A stretch of 64,000 bases of DNA, from IMG/VR virus record IMGVR_UViG_3300049137_000157, positions 64,001 to 128,000 of that record; one strand, 5' to 3'. The notes under the pieces were generated by a model. The model saw only the letters and a program-made list of their open reading frames with translations. It had not been told where the DNA came from and did not search any database. Shown in pieces: positions 63,659 through 64,000 of the stretch. Position 1 is the first letter of the stretch. Each line of letters starts with the position of its first letter. The DNA comes from a virus. The position numbers were made by a program, and so were the translations under genes.

Positions 63659-64000
63659 GCCCTTGTCCTTTTCTTGAGTTGCGGCATTTTTGCTCGTGGT
63701 AGTGACAGGGGTGGACTCGTTGCAATTCACCTCTGTCATTTCTCGATCTTCAGGCGCTCCGCCTCCGGGTACTGATGTAGGGCTTGCCGGGTTCATGCCG
63801 CCCCTGGCAGTGAACCTTCTCGTCACCCCGGAAGTACTGGTGACCGTGATGGTTCATCTCCCCGAAGAGGTGGCAGCGGATGGTCCGGATGGCAGCCACC
63901 CCTCACCCCCCGGCCGATCGAGCGGCCTCAATTTCCGCCCGAGTCACGGTCTCGAAATGCCACCACCGGCCGCCCTCCCACTGCATGATCTTCGCGCTGG

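Overview
This high-GC window looks like part of an actinomycete (Streptomyces-type) phage-plasmid. No integrase, tRNA, rRNA, CRISPR array or IS element was recognised. Layout from left to right: (1) 1-4 kb, small accessory genes including an HD-domain hydrolase. (2) 4-6 kb, a ParA plus partner-protein partition module, with three copies of a perfect 16-bp palindrome TGTATCGCGCGATACA that is a symmetric variant of canonical parS. (3) 6-8 kb, a four-gene lysis cassette (amidase, holin, two membrane proteins). (4) 8.5-22.5 kb, a plasmid transfer/spread-like region: a GntR/Kor-type repressor, five GGCCTAGGCC-type operator candidates, Spd-like membrane proteins, two short-repeat arrays, and a tandem lytic transglycosylase / M23 / NlpC-P60 operon. 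(5) 23-39.4 kb, a phage replication/recombination arm: SF1 helicase, DEDDh exonuclease, glycosyltransferase, Cas4-like exonuclease, RecT-like protein, primase-helicase, an unusual family A polymerase and a RuvC-like resolvase. (6) 39.4-56.5 kb, minus strand, a siphovirus neck-tail operon with two glycosyltransferases embedded among the neck genes. (7) 56.5-64 kb, dCTP deaminase, small genes and a graspetide-type RiPP pair (precursor plus ATP-grasp ligase). Terminase, portal, capsid and a TraB/FtsK translocase are not seen in the window. All product calls come from motifs read by eye, with no database search. Several start codons were re-picked from RBS positions and are uncertain.
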